Positions 36,507 through 46,320 of a stretch of 63,409 nt of DNA are shown piece by piece (the stretch's first letter is position 1; every line of letters starts with the position of its first letter). Under the pieces are notes generated by a model. That model did no database searches and was not told where the DNA came from. It saw nothing but the letters and a program-made list of their open reading frames with translations. This stretch comes from Actinomycetota bacterium (GTDB taxonomy: Bacteria > Actinomycetota > UBA4738 > HRBIN12). A program made the translations under genes and the position numbers. The stretch covers positions 1 to 63,409 of the forward strand of contig JAOUEA010000001.1 in the NCBI GenBank assembly GCA_029858935.1. The letters run 5' to 3'.

Positions 36507-37364
36507 TCAACCGAGGTCGGTGAGGGCGAAGCGCAGGGCGCCCGAGGTGCCGTCTGGCATCAGCGCCTCGTCGTAGCAGGCGGCGAGCTGACGACCGAGC
36601 CGCTCGAGGTGTTCGACGGTCCCACTCGAGGCATTCGCCAGGAAGACACCGCACCCGCCCACTCCCGGATTCAGCGTGGACTCCCCACGCAGGAACGAGG
36701 TCTCGATGTCGAGCGTTTGGGTCGGCAAGCCCTCGAGGGTGCCGCGCAGCCTGATCGCATCGCGGTCGGCTGCGTCGTCGTACCCGTGCCACAGCATCGT
36801 CGGGAAGCCGGCGGCGGCCAGTCCCGCGAACAGTTCGAGCGCATCCATCCCCTCGGCGGAACGCTCGGTTTCATCGAACGGATCGATCAGCACCATCGTG
36901 GAAGAGGTCGACTCGGGCGAGAGATCCTGAGCGCTGTCCCAGATCGTCGCGAGTCCGTCCGCTCGCTGCACCCGGACGAGATCGACGAGGTCCAGTTCGC
37001 GCGCCGACCGTGCGAGGTCGGCGACGCTCGTGGGGTCGAGGTCGCAGAGCAGGTAGGTCGACGCGTCGCCGAGCACCTCCATCGCCAGCCGCGCCGACCC
37101 TGGGTAGCGAGGTTGACCGTCGTCGCCGGGCGGCAAGGTGCGGACGAGCCACAAGTAGCGCGAGGCTTCGATCGCCGGCGCCCGAGGCGCCTCACGCAGG
37201 AGGGCATAGATGCCGTACTCGCGCTCCCACGACCGATCGAGTACGTAGGTGCCCGAGCCCGCGTGCGTCTCCCAATATCTCGTTGGCCGCACGCGATCGA
37301 GCACCTCCCCGACCACGAGGTGCTTCCAGACGTCACCGATCTCGCCGAAGTGCGAGTTCGCCAT
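36507..37364 (-). CDS. RlmJ-like (DUF519) methyltransferase-fold protein with an altered motif IV
   Basis: DVWKH, ETHAGSGTY and RYPGSARLA parallel E. coli RlmJ DVLKH, DTHAGAGRY and YYPGSPLIA. The catalytic DPPY is DPFD here. Start is the internal ATG (MANSHFGEIG). Confidence 0.6.
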   Translation of the reverse strand: MANSHFGEIGDVWKHLVVGEVLDRVRPTRYWETHAGSGTYVLDRSWEREYGIYALLREAPRAPAIEASRYLWLVRTLPPGDDGQPRYPGSARLAMEVLGDASTYLLCDLDPTSVADLARSARELDLVDLVRVQRADGLATIWDSAQDLSPESTSSTMVLIDPFDETERSAEGMDALELFAGLAAAGFPTMLWHGYDDAADRDAIRLRGTLEGLPTQTLDIETSFLRGESTLNPGVGGCGVFLANASSGTVEHLERLGRQLAACYDEALMPDGTSGALRFALTDLG

Positions 37365-37440
37365 CGAGTGCGAGCTTACGCGGCGACCCTGATCCGACAC
37401 GCATCTCATGGTAGGGCGACGGCGACTAGGCTCGCGGGCC

Positions 37441-38040
37441 ATGGAGTTCATCGACGTCGTGCACGGTCGTCGCATGGTGCGTCGGTTCGATCAACGGCCC
37501 GTGCCACGAGAGAAGATGGACCGCATATTGGACGTCGGCAGGCGGGGACCCTCTGCCGGGTTCGCGCAAGGGGTGGACTTCCTCGTGCTCGACCGGCCCG
37601 ACGACATCGCGGCTTTCTGGCAGATCACGCGACACCCTGAATCCGGCTGGGATCTCGACGACATCGCCGCAGGACCGACGGTGCTCGTGCTCCCGATCCC
37701 CGATCCAGCTCACTACCTGGCGAGGTACTCCGAGCCGGACAAGATCGCCTTCGGCCTCGACGATCCTGAGCGGTGGCCGGTGAAGTTCTGGGAGATCGAT
37801 GCGGGGATGGCGGCGATGCTGATGCTGCTCGCCGCGGTCGACGAGGGGTTGGGCGCCTGGTTCTTCGGGATCGACCATGGAGAGCACGATCTGCTGATCC
37901 GTTTCGATGTCCCGGAAGGACTGCGGCCCATCGGCATCATGGGCTTCGGGTTCCGAGCCGACGACGAACGTCCGAGCGGTTCAGGGTCGAAGCGCCTGCG
38001 GCGTCCGTTCGGGGAGCAGGTGCACCGAGGCGGGTGGTGA
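37441..38040 (+). CDS. nitroreductase-family protein
   Basis: ..RRMVRRFDQRPVP...PSAG..Q.. is a typical N-terminus; about 200 aa. Confidence 0.75.
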   Translation: MEFIDVVHGRRMVRRFDQRPVPREKMDRILDVGRRGPSAGFAQGVDFLVLDRPDDIAAFWQITRHPESGWDLDDIAAGPTVLVLPIPDPAHYLARYSEPDKIAFGLDDPERWPVKFWEIDAGMAAMLMLLAAVDEGLGAWFFGIDHGEHDLLIRFDVPEGLRPIGIMGFGFRADDERPSGSGSKRLRRPFGEQVHRGGW

Positions 38041-38043
38041 GGA

Positions 38044-38772
38044 TCAGTCAGCGAGGTCGAGACGGCGGAACTCCTCCGCGCGCTCGACGCCGATCTTCTT
38101 CCCGGCTTCCCCCGCTTCTTCGAGCAGGAACGTCTCGAAGAAGCGGATCCCCTCCGTCAACTGGCTCGCGTGCTTGGCGAGCGCGTCGATCTTCGTCTGC
38201 CATGTGGCGGTGACGTCCTCGGTGTGATTAGGCTCGTTCGTCCACCCCAGCCAGACGTCGTCGACCTCCTGCACGCCGAGTCCTTCTCCGAGATGCTCGG
38301 GGAAGAAGTGCGGGTTCCCCGACCCCGGGAACGCTGAGTCGAGGGCCACCCACCCCGCGGTGCGGTGGTCGGAGTGGTTGTAGTAGCTGTTCTGGAAGAA
38401 GACCGCCGTGGGATCGAGCGAGAAGACGGTCGATGCTCGCACCTCCCGGATGCGACGCACGACCCGCTCACGCAACTCGACCGTGTTCTCGAGGTCGCCG
38501 TCGTGTACGTCGAGGATGCAGATGCTCGCAAGGCCGAGCACGGCACCGGCCTCGTCGGTCTCCCGAGCGCGGATGCGCGCAAGCTCCGTGCGATCGAGCG
38601 CAGGGTCCTGCGAGCCTCGATCGCCGTTGGTGAGGACCAGCAGGTGCACGTCGCGCCCGGCCGCGACCCAGTTCGCCATGGTGCCACCCGCCGCGATCTC
38701 GGCGTCGTCGGGGTGCGCGAAGATGCCGAGGGCCGATCCGCTGCGGGACTCAGGTGGCGTAGGGTCGGCCAC
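38044..38772 (-). CDS. PIG-L/LmbE-family N-acetylglucosaminyl deacetylase
   Basis: AHPDDAEI zinc-binding motif and a downstream HxDH. Confidence 0.8.
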   Translation of the reverse strand: MADPTPPESRSGSALGIFAHPDDAEIAAGGTMANWVAAGRDVHLLVLTNGDRGSQDPALDRTELARIRARETDEAGAVLGLASICILDVHDGDLENTVELRERVVRRIREVRASTVFSLDPTAVFFQNSYYNHSDHRTAGWVALDSAFPGSGNPHFFPEHLGEGLGVQEVDDVWLGWTNEPNHTEDVTATWQTKIDALAKHASQLTEGIRFFETFLLEEAGEAGKKIGVERAEEFRRLDLAD

Positions 38773-38781
38773 ACGCTCGTC

Positions 38782-40260
38782 CTAGGCGGCGGCCCTGTCG
38801 AGCAGGAACTTGATGAGCGCACGGATCGGCGCGCCCGTGGCCCCACGCGGACTCAGGTCGGTGCCCTTGTCGCTGAACGCGGGGCCCGCGATGTCGATGT
38901 GGCACCAGGGCGTGTCGCCGACGAACTCGGCGAGGAACCATGCGGCGGTGATCGCACCGCCCCATCGCTCACCCACGTTCTTGATGTCGGCCACGGCCGA
39001 ATCGATCATCGGCCGGTAGTCGGGGTACAGCGGAAGCTGCCAGATCGGCTCTCCCGTCGAGTCGCCCGCCGCGATCAGTTCTTCGATCAGGGCATCGTCG
39101 TTGCCGATCGCCCCCGCGATCGAGCCTCCGAGCGCGACGACGCACGCCCCGGTGAGCGTCGCGGTGTCGACGATCAGCTCCGGCTTGCGCTCGTTCAAGA
39201 AGGCCAGCGCATCTGCGAGCACGAGTCGTCCCTCCGCATCGGTGTTCAGCACCTCAGAGGTCGTGCCACCCCTGTGCGTGATCACGTCACCCGGCTTCTG
39301 AGCCGAGCCGCTCGGCATGTTCTCGCTGCACGGGATCGCGGCGATCACGTTGATCTTCGGTTTCAGGCGCGCGATCGCCTTCATCGTGGCGAGGATCGAC
39401 GCAGCGCCACCCATGTCGTCCTTCATCGACTCCATGCCCTTGGCGTCCTTGATCGAGAGACCGCCGGAGTCGAACGCGATGCCCTTGCCGCTCAGCGCGA
39501 TCGGCGTCGCGCGACCGGCGCCGGTGTAGCTCAGCTCGATCAATCGAGGGGGGTTCACGCTTCCCCTGCCGACCCCGAGGATGCCGCCGAACCCGCCCTT
39601 CTCGAGCTGGAACTCGTTCCAGACCTTGCACGTGAGGCCGACCGAGCGCGCCATGCGCTGGGCCTCGCGCGCGATCTCGGCGGGCGGCATGTCGCCGGCC
39701 GGCGTGTTCACGAGGTCGCGCGCCCAGTACACGGCGTCGACGACGATCGCGACCCGTTTGACGGCCGCCGAGAGCCCGCGGGCCTCCCACTTCGGGTTCC
39801 CCAGCACGACCACACGCTTCAGTCCCGCCGCCTCGTCACGCTTCGTGCGGTAGCGGTCGAAACGGTATGCCCCGAGTCCGAGGCCCTCGGCCGCAGCCGG
39901 CACCATCTCGGTGGCCTGCCGGGCACCGAACGCCTGTGGGAACGTCGTCGCGGCGGTGCCGAATCTGCGCGCCGTGCCGGCAACGCGGCCGAGCGCTCGG
40001 CGCATACCGCTGAGGGTGAAGTCTTCCTTCGGCCCGACGCCCACGAGCAGCACGGCGCCTGCCGCGAAGCGGTCGCGGTCACGGCGCGTGACGAGCAACG
40101 TCTCGTTCTTCTTCCCGGAGAGCTTGGCGTCCGCGTACGCTCTCGCAAGTCCGGTCTCCCGAACCCCCGGCCCCGGCTTCGGCCCCTCGAACACGGGCAC
40201 GATCAGCAGCCCGGCCTTGACGTCGACGGGAGACTCGCTCGAGTAGCTGTACGTGGTCAC
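38782..40260 (-). CDS. pepA: leucyl aminopeptidase (M17)
   Basis: M17 signature NTDAEGRL. GTG 40260 is preceded by AAGGAGAGAGG. The upstream 107 codons of the track ORF were discarded. Confidence 0.9.
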   Translation of the reverse strand: MTTYSYSSESPVDVKAGLLIVPVFEGPKPGPGVRETGLARAYADAKLSGKKNETLLVTRRDRDRFAAGAVLLVGVGPKEDFTLSGMRRALGRVAGTARRFGTAATTFPQAFGARQATEMVPAAAEGLGLGAYRFDRYRTKRDEAAGLKRVVVLGNPKWEARGLSAAVKRVAIVVDAVYWARDLVNTPAGDMPPAEIAREAQRMARSVGLTCKVWNEFQLEKGGFGGILGVGRGSVNPPRLIELSYTGAGRATPIALSGKGIAFDSGGLSIKDAKGMESMKDDMGGAASILATMKAIARLKPKINVIAAIPCSENMPSGSAQKPGDVITHRGGTTSEVLNTDAEGRLVLADALAFLNERKPELIVDTATLTGACVVALGGSIAGAIGNDDALIEELIAAGDSTGEPIWQLPLYPDYRPMIDSAVADIKNVGERWGGAITAAWFLAEFVGDTPWCHIDIAGPAFSDKGTDLSPRGATGAPIRALIKFLLDRAAA

Positions 40261-40349
40261 GCTCGCCTCTCTCCTTGTGCGGATGTGCTCGGAGGCCCTC
40301 CCCGGCGTTGCCGGGCAGTGTATCGGCACTGCCCGTAGGCTGAGCGTCG

Positions 40350-40679
40350 ATGAAGCCGCGAGACATGCGAGACCTCGTCTGGTTCGACGACGACGACGCG
40401 CGCACCGAGGTGCTGTTCGAGACCGAGCGCATCTGGAGCCAGCTGATCTGCCTGCAGGGGTCTCAGGGGCTCGGCCCGATCTCCGACGCTGGCTCGGACG
40501 CCATCGTGTCGGTGCTCGCCGGCGAGGTCGCGGTTCAGATCGGGAAGTCCCGGACCCGCATGAGCCAATGGCACAGCGCACTCGTGCCCGCGGGAACCGA
40601 GCTCACGATCCGCAACGCTTCCGAGGAACCCGCCGTGGTGCAGGTGACGACCGCCCCCCCGCCGTCGCCCGCCGTCTGA
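40350..40679 (+). CDS. small cupin-fold protein
   Basis: 109 aa with a beta-rich pattern (..AIVSVLAGEVAVQIG...ALVPAGTELTIRN..). Tentative. Confidence 0.45.
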   Translation: MKPRDMRDLVWFDDDDARTEVLFETERIWSQLICLQGSQGLGPISDAGSDAIVSVLAGEVAVQIGKSRTRMSQWHSALVPAGTELTIRNASEEPAVVQVTTAPPPSPAV

Positions 40680-40794
40680 CGCCCCGCTCGTCGGATCACA
40701 GGCGCACGAACGCGAACGCATCCGCGCCCGGGAAGCGACCGGTCTCATCACGTCTTGGGGCAGCCAGCCACGGGGCTCCGCCCAGGGGCCACCC

Positions 40795-41433
40795 TCACGA
40801 GTCGTCCTCGCCCGGCCTGACCGCGAGCACGACCCCGTCAGCCACCTCGATCACGGCCCGCGTCGCCACGAACCGGTTGCTCACGCCGAGGCTCGAACCG
40901 GGCTCGAGGACCGCGCCCTTCAACGACCAACGAAGGCCGCTGGTGCGGACTCCGATCGCCGGTCCGCCGAGCGCGAGCAGGCTGATGAACTCGTCGGTCG
41001 TGCCCGTGAGCTCGCGACGGGCTCGAACGACATGCAGCGTTGCCGCGCCGAAGATCGCGTCGATCTCGACCCCTGCGTAGCGCGGCGACGCCAGCAGCAC
41101 GGCGTTGGCGAGCACATGGTCGAAACGTCCCCGATCGCCGCCCACCACGACGAGGCGCTGCGCGCCCTCGATGATCGCTGTCGTGATCGCGAGATCGAGG
41201 TCGGTGGCGTCTTTGTCGACGGGATGCCGTCGCACGTCGCCGCCGGCTTCCACGAACCTGTCGAGATCATCGGTGCTGACCGAATCGAGGTCACCGACGA
41301 GCAGATCGACGGCGATGCCCAGGCGGTTGGCCTCAGCGAGCCCGACGTCGGCGGCGACCACGAACGCGTCGTGGGGCACGACCACGCGGGCACGCGACGG
41401 TCCGCCACCGCAGAAGATGAATGCCGATCGCAT
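40795..41433 (-). CDS. thiN: thiamine pyrophosphokinase
   Basis: TPK motifs GDLDS, DKDATDL and GGDRGRFDH, plus a C-terminal B1-binding beta domain. A TPP riboswitch precedes it. Confidence 0.8.
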   Translation of the reverse strand: MRSAFIFCGGGPSRARVVVPHDAFVVAADVGLAEANRLGIAVDLLVGDLDSVSTDDLDRFVEAGGDVRRHPVDKDATDLDLAITTAIIEGAQRLVVVGGDRGRFDHVLANAVLLASPRYAGVEIDAIFGAATLHVVRARRELTGTTDEFISLLALGGPAIGVRTSGLRWSLKGAVLEPGSSLGVSNRFVATRAVIEVADGVVLAVRPGEDDS

Positions 41434-41437
41434 GGGC

Positions 41438-41533
41438 GAACTCCCTCCGCCGGCATTGCCCGGTTCAGGTTCGACGGGTCGCCGACGCCATCAGCCGGCC
41501 TCTCAGCCCGGTTCCCCGAGCTCCCCGTGTTCT
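41438..41533 (-). promoter_or_regulatory. TPP (THI-box) riboswitch
   Basis: The minus-strand RNA reads ACACGGGGAGCUCGGGGAACCGGGCUGAGAGGCCGGCUGAUGGCGUCGGCGACCCGUCGAACCUGAACCGGGCAAUGCCGGCGGAGGGAGUU. It contains the invariant GGGG.GC, GCUGAGA, ACCC, GAACCUGA, a CCGG.(U/C)AAU.CCGGCG-type stem, and AGGGA. The 3' GGAGGGAG doubles as the SD 7 nt from the ATG. Confidence 0.85.
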
Positions 41534-41573
41534 CGTCGCAAGTATATGGGCGAGAAGAGGAGGCCGCTCCGCC

Positions 41574-42020
41574 TCACGCAGGGCCGGCTGCGATCAGGTA
41601 GCTACGCAGGCCCTGCATCGCGCGGACCATGAGCACTCGCATGATCGGTGAGTACACGGCGGCCGCGAGCTCACCGATCACAGGCACCGCGAGTCGGATC
41701 TCCTCGCGCCACGTGAACCGCGTGCCACCTTCGATCGGGGCGAGCAGCCATGTGCCGGTGCCGGAGACGACCGAGCCGTGGCGGATCTCGAGGCGGTATG
41801 GGGGATCCCACTCCGTCACCTCCATCGGTTCCGTGAACGCGGGGATGCCGAAGATCCGGGTGCGTACGGCCAGGCGGACGCCCGGACCCTCCCGCTGCTC
41901 CGACACGACCGTGACGCTGTCCGCGTCGAGCATCCAATCGGCCTGCCGCTCCCAATCCAGGAGGACCGTCCACGCTTCCTCCAGGGGGACAGGGAGCTCG
42001 ATCTCACGTTCGACCAGCAT
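41574..42020 (-). CDS. SRPBCC-family protein
   Basis: 148 aa; ..LEEAWTVLLDWERQADW.. is typical of the polyketide_cyc2/START-like fold. Confidence 0.6.
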   Translation of the reverse strand: MLVEREIELPVPLEEAWTVLLDWERQADWMLDADSVTVVSEQREGPGVRLAVRTRIFGIPAFTEPMEVTEWDPPYRLEIRHGSVVSGTGTWLLAPIEGGTRFTWREEIRLAVPVIGELAAAVYSPIMRVLMVRAMQGLRSYLIAAGPA

Positions 42021-42057
42021 GCTGCGGAAGTCTAGACGCGAGCCTCAGTGGGAACCG

Positions 42058-43293
42058 ATGCAGCGTAGTCTTCGGTCCATGGCGCGAGGAGCGGTCGCGG
42101 CGGCGGCGATGGCGACGGCTGCAGGCAACGGCGCCTCGGCCGGGGCGGCGGCCACGATCGACGGGGGCATCGGGGTCGCTTGGCACGATGACGGTTCGAT
42201 CGTCTTCGCAGGCCCCGTCGACGCACTGCCATGGCATCCAACGATCGGAACGCCCGAACGGGGCTGCCTCGTGCCGGGGTTCGTCGACTGCCACACCCAT
42301 CTACCGTTCGTGGGCTGGAGGGCCGACGAGTTCGAGGCCCGACTGCGCGGCGTCTCGTACAAGGAGCTGCATGGTGGCGACGGCGGGATCTTCCGTTCCG
42401 CACGCTTGTTCGCTGCAGCCAGCGACGACGAGGTGTTGGAGTTCTCGCGACCGCTGCTCCACGAGATGGCGACGCACGGCACCACCGCCCTCGAGTTGAA
42501 GACGGGCTACGGCCTCTCGGTCGACCAGGAGCTGCGTGCGGCGAGGCTGGCGCGGCGCCTCGCCGAGGAAGCGCGACAGACCTGTGTCGTCACACTGCTC
42601 GCGGCGCACGCCGTGCCGGCGGGCATGTCGCGGCAGGAATGGGTGCGTGCGGCCTGCACCGAGCTGATCCCCGAGGCGGGCCGCCGCCGGCTCGCCGATG
42701 CGGTCGACGTCTACGTCGAGGACATCGCGTTCTCGATCGAGGACCTCGAAGCGATCGCGACCGCGGCGGCTGATGCCGCCCTGCCCTTGCGCGTGCACGC
42801 CGATCAGCTCGGCGACTCCGGGACCGCGGCGGCCGCGGCCCGGCTCGGCGCGCGGAGCGCCGACCACCTGAACCACTGCTCGCCCGAAGGCGTCTCCGCG
42901 CTCGCCGGCAGCGCCACGGTGGCCGCTCTGTTGCCGGCCTCGACGTTCTTCCTGCGGGGCAGGCCCGCGCCGGTGCGGTCCCTCCGCGACGCGGGCGTGC
43001 CTATCGCCCTCGCGAGCGACGCCAACCCCGGCACGTCGCCCGTCGTCTCGATGCCCGAAGTGATCGCGATGGCCGCGGGCGTCTACGAGGTGCCTCCGCT
43101 CGAGGCGCTGACCGCCACGACCGTGAACCCCGCGTCGGTGCTCGGCCTGGCCGATCGTCTGGGGACCATCGAGCCCGGCAAACGAGCAGATCTCGTGCTG
43201 CTCGAGGAGACCTCGTTCGCCCAGGTGCCCTATCGACCGGGTCACGACCCTGTCGTCGCGACCATCGTGGGCGGCGAGCTCGTGCCGCCCTGA
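42058..43293 (+). CDS. hutI: imidazolonepropionase
   Basis: GFVDCHTHLPF, ..TALELKTGYGL.. and ..RVHADQL.. motifs. The start is ambiguous (ATG 42058, 42079 or 42109). The upstream part of track ORF 41629..43293 is antisense to the SRPBCC gene. Confidence 0.85.
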   Translation: MQRSLRSMARGAVAAAAMATAAGNGASAGAAATIDGGIGVAWHDDGSIVFAGPVDALPWHPTIGTPERGCLVPGFVDCHTHLPFVGWRADEFEARLRGVSYKELHGGDGGIFRSARLFAAASDDEVLEFSRPLLHEMATHGTTALELKTGYGLSVDQELRAARLARRLAEEARQTCVVTLLAAHAVPAGMSRQEWVRAACTELIPEAGRRRLADAVDVYVEDIAFSIEDLEAIATAAADAALPLRVHADQLGDSGTAAAAARLGARSADHLNHCSPEGVSALAGSATVAALLPASTFFLRGRPAPVRSLRDAGVPIALASDANPGTSPVVSMPEVIAMAAGVYEVPPLEALTATTVNPASVLGLADRLGTIEPGKRADLVLLEETSFAQVPYRPGHDPVVATIVGGELVPP

Positions 43294-44018
43294 TGGAGAC
43301 GTATGCGGCCGTCGCCCTGGTGGTCGCCGGGGCATCGGTGGCCATGGCGGTCAGCGGGTTCGGGTACGCGCTGCTCTCGGTTCCCCTGCTCGCCGTGCTG
43401 GTGGGTGCGGAAACCAGCGTCGTTGCCAACGCCGTGATCGGACTGGGTTTGGTCACGCTCATGACGATCCGCAACCGTCATGGCGTCGTGCGAAGGACGG
43501 CCACCGTGGCCTCAGCGGGAGCGATCCTGGCGATGCCGCTCGGCCTCGTGGTGTTCGTCAACCTCGACGACCGAGCGTTGACCGCGGCGATCGGCACGAC
43601 CGTGATCGCGCTGACCATCGCGCTGGCTCGGGGCATGCGGTTCCCCTCGACCGATCGCACCGATCTCGTCGCAGGCTTGATCTCGGGGGCCCTGAACACC
43701 TCGACAGGCACGAACGGGCCACCGCTCGTCATCGCGTTACACGGCCAACGCCTGGATCCGGTCGCATTCCGCGCCACGTTGGCGGCGATCTTCCTCGTGC
43801 AGAGCGTCGTGGGATTGTCGCTCTTCGCGCTAGCCGGTCGCGTCACGGCCGATGTGGGGGCGGTGGCGCTGGCCGGGTACCCAGCCATGGTGGTGGGTCT
43901 CCTGATGGGCGAGCGGCTGGCGACGCGGGTCGGAACCGAGCGTTTCAGGGGGTCGGTACTCGGCCTGTTGGTCGTGTCCGGCGTCGTCTCGCTCATCGCA
44001 GCTGCCCTCGATGCGTGA
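43293..44018 (+). CDS. TauE/SafE-family (DUF81) anion exporter
   Basis: 241 aa polytopic membrane protein with the internally duplicated Gly-rich helices typical of the family. Its ATG (43293-43295) shares 1 nt with the hutI TGA stop (43291-43293). Confidence 0.65.
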   Translation: METYAAVALVVAGASVAMAVSGFGYALLSVPLLAVLVGAETSVVANAVIGLGLVTLMTIRNRHGVVRRTATVASAGAILAMPLGLVVFVNLDDRALTAAIGTTVIALTIALARGMRFPSTDRTDLVAGLISGALNTSTGTNGPPLVIALHGQRLDPVAFRATLAAIFLVQSVVGLSLFALAGRVTADVGAVALAGYPAMVVGLLMGERLATRVGTERFRGSVLGLLVVSGVVSLIAAALDA

Positions 44019-44081
44019 TCGCGCCCGCTCCCCTCGCTGCGCGATCGGTGGTCCAACGTCGACGAGCGTCGTGACCGCCGA

Positions 44082-45617
44082 TCAGTCGACCGGGCCGGAT
44101 GCGGTCTCGGCAGCGGCGACGAGGCGTCCTCCGCGTACGACGCTCACCGCCTGGGCGATGTCCGGTCCGAACTCGCGGTCGGCCTCGAAGAATGGCACCC
44201 GTTCCCTGATCGCAGCGTGGGCGGCACGCGTCGCAGGTCCGGGCTGTAGCGGCGCGCGTAGGTCGAGCGCCTGCGCCGCCCCGAGCGCTTCGAGGGCGAT
44301 CACGGTCTCTGCGTTCGCGAGAACCTCCCGCGCGTGCCGTGCCGACGTCATGCCCATGCTGACGTGATCCTCCTGACCGGCGCTCGACGGGATCGAATCG
44401 ACCGAGGGGGGATGCGCGAGCGACTTGGACTCGCTCACGAGCGAAGCGGCCGTGTACTGCACGAGCATGAAGCCGGAGTTCAACCCCGAGCCGTGCACGA
44501 GGAAGGGAGGCAATCCGTTGGACAGATGCTCGTCCAGCAGTCGGTACAGCCGTCGTTCGGAGATCGAGGCGAGCGAGACCAGCGCGGTCGCGGCGGCATC
44601 GAGTGCGACCGCGACCGGCTGTCCGTGGAAGTTCCCTCCGGAGACCACCTCGCCCGATCCCCCGTCAACGAGCACGATCGGGTTGTCGCTCACGCTGTTC
44701 GCCTCGATCCTCAGCACTTCGCACGCGTAGGCGAGCGCATCGCGGGTGGCGCCGTGCACCTGGGGAGCGCAGCGGAGCGAGTACGCATCCTGCACCAGAT
44801 GGTGGGAGTCGCGATGGGACGCGAGGATCGGCGAGTCGGCCAGCAGTCTTCTCAGATTGCTGGCGCTCACCATCTGGCCCGGATGCGGGCGAAGCTTCTG
44901 GAGTCGTTCATCGAACGGCCGGTCGGTGCCGAGCGAGGCCTCGATCGTCATCGCAGCAACGACGTCGGCCGTACGGGCGAGCATGGCCGCGCGCTCGGTC
45001 GCCAGGATGCCGATCGCGAGCATGCCCTGCGTGCCGTTCACGAGGGCGAGCCCCTCCTTCGCTTCGAGCGTGATCGGCGCGAGTCCCGCTCGACCCAAGG
45101 CGCCGGCGGCAGGTTCGACACCTCCCTCGGGCGAGAGCACCTCGCCATGACCGATCAGCGGCAGCGCGAGGTTCGCGAGCGGCGCGAGATCGCCCGAGGC
45201 ACCGAGCGACCCCTGCTGCGGCACGGCCGGGATGACGTCCTCGTTCAGCATCGAGACCATCAGGTCGACGATCTCCGGGCGGACCCCCGAATGGCCGAGC
45301 GCGAGCACGTGCGCCCGCAGCAGCAACATGGCCCGCGCCTCGTCACGCGGAAGCGGCACGCCCACCGCGGTCGCGTGCGAGCGAACGATGCCGTGCTGCA
45401 ACGTGGAAGCCTGCGACGGCTCGACCCGGGTGTGCGCCAGCGCCCCGAACCCCGTCGTCACGCCGTAGATCGTCTCGCCGCCCGCGACCGCGTCGTCGAT
45501 CACGGCGCGGGCCGATCTCACCCTGGCGCGCGCATCATCTCCGAACGAGACCGGCGCCCCGCCGGCCACAGCGACCACCTCGGCCGCCTCGAGCTCCCCT
45601 CCGATCGCCACGGTCAT
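44082..45617 (-). CDS. hutH: histidine ammonia-lyase
   Basis: MIO-forming GSLGASGDLAPL. Start is the internal ATG (MTVAIGG..), which overlaps the S51 gene stop. Confidence 0.92.
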   Translation of the reverse strand: MTVAIGGELEAAEVVAVAGGAPVSFGDDARARVRSARAVIDDAVAGGETIYGVTTGFGALAHTRVEPSQASTLQHGIVRSHATAVGVPLPRDEARAMLLLRAHVLALGHSGVRPEIVDLMVSMLNEDVIPAVPQQGSLGASGDLAPLANLALPLIGHGEVLSPEGGVEPAAGALGRAGLAPITLEAKEGLALVNGTQGMLAIGILATERAAMLARTADVVAAMTIEASLGTDRPFDERLQKLRPHPGQMVSASNLRRLLADSPILASHRDSHHLVQDAYSLRCAPQVHGATRDALAYACEVLRIEANSVSDNPIVLVDGGSGEVVSGGNFHGQPVAVALDAAATALVSLASISERRLYRLLDEHLSNGLPPFLVHGSGLNSGFMLVQYTAASLVSESKSLAHPPSVDSIPSSAGQEDHVSMGMTSARHAREVLANAETVIALEALGAAQALDLRAPLQPGPATRAAHAAIRERVPFFEADREFGPDIAQAVSVVRGGRLVAAAETASGPVD

Positions 45618-46320
45618 GTGGAAGCCGCCTCGAGCCCGCGGAGCTCGAAGGGGGTTTCGACGATGTCGCCGAGGGCTCCCGGTTCGACACGCCACGCGCC
45701 CGCGCCCGCATCGGAGACCAGCACCTCCGCCACGTCGGTGCCGGCGAAGTGCACGGCGGCGAGGTCGTCGCACGCGATGCCGGGAGGAAGCGCCCCCTCG
45801 CCGACAAGGCGATGATACGCAGGGCGCCTCGACGGCTCGGAGTCGAAGTGGGGGCAGAAGCTTCCGGGCACGAGCCCGAGCCCGTCGGGAAGCGGATCGG
45901 CTCGACCGAGCAGGTAGGAATCGGTCGTCGAAGCCTCGAACCAGCAGTTCGCGCCGGCGCTGCCGCCGGCAAGCACCACCCCGGCGTCCCAGGCTTCCCG
46001 AAGGATCTCGTCGAGCCCATGCGCACGCCAGATCGCGAGCAGGTTCAGGGTGTTACCGCCACTCACGAACACCACGTCCTGGGTGAGCACGAGCGAGCGC
46101 AAGTCCTCCACGGTGCGATGGAACAGGGCGAGATCGTTCGGCTCGAAGGAATGCGCGGGGAACGAGCGATAGAACGCGGCGACGGCGCGGTCGGCATCGC
46201 CGAGGGCCGTCGGCACGTACAGCACCCTCGGACGGGCCGCCCCGCACAGATCGAAGATGAATCGGTAGATGGGATCGTCGGGCCACTGCCCGCCGCCCAT
46301 CGCCACGATGTGCGACCCGC

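Noticed and set aside
38365-40338. 657-aa plus-strand ORF
   Set aside because: It is antisense to the PIG-L deacetylase and pepA genes, both of which have clear family signatures (AHPDDAE, NTDAEGRL). It is a GC-rich shadow ORF.
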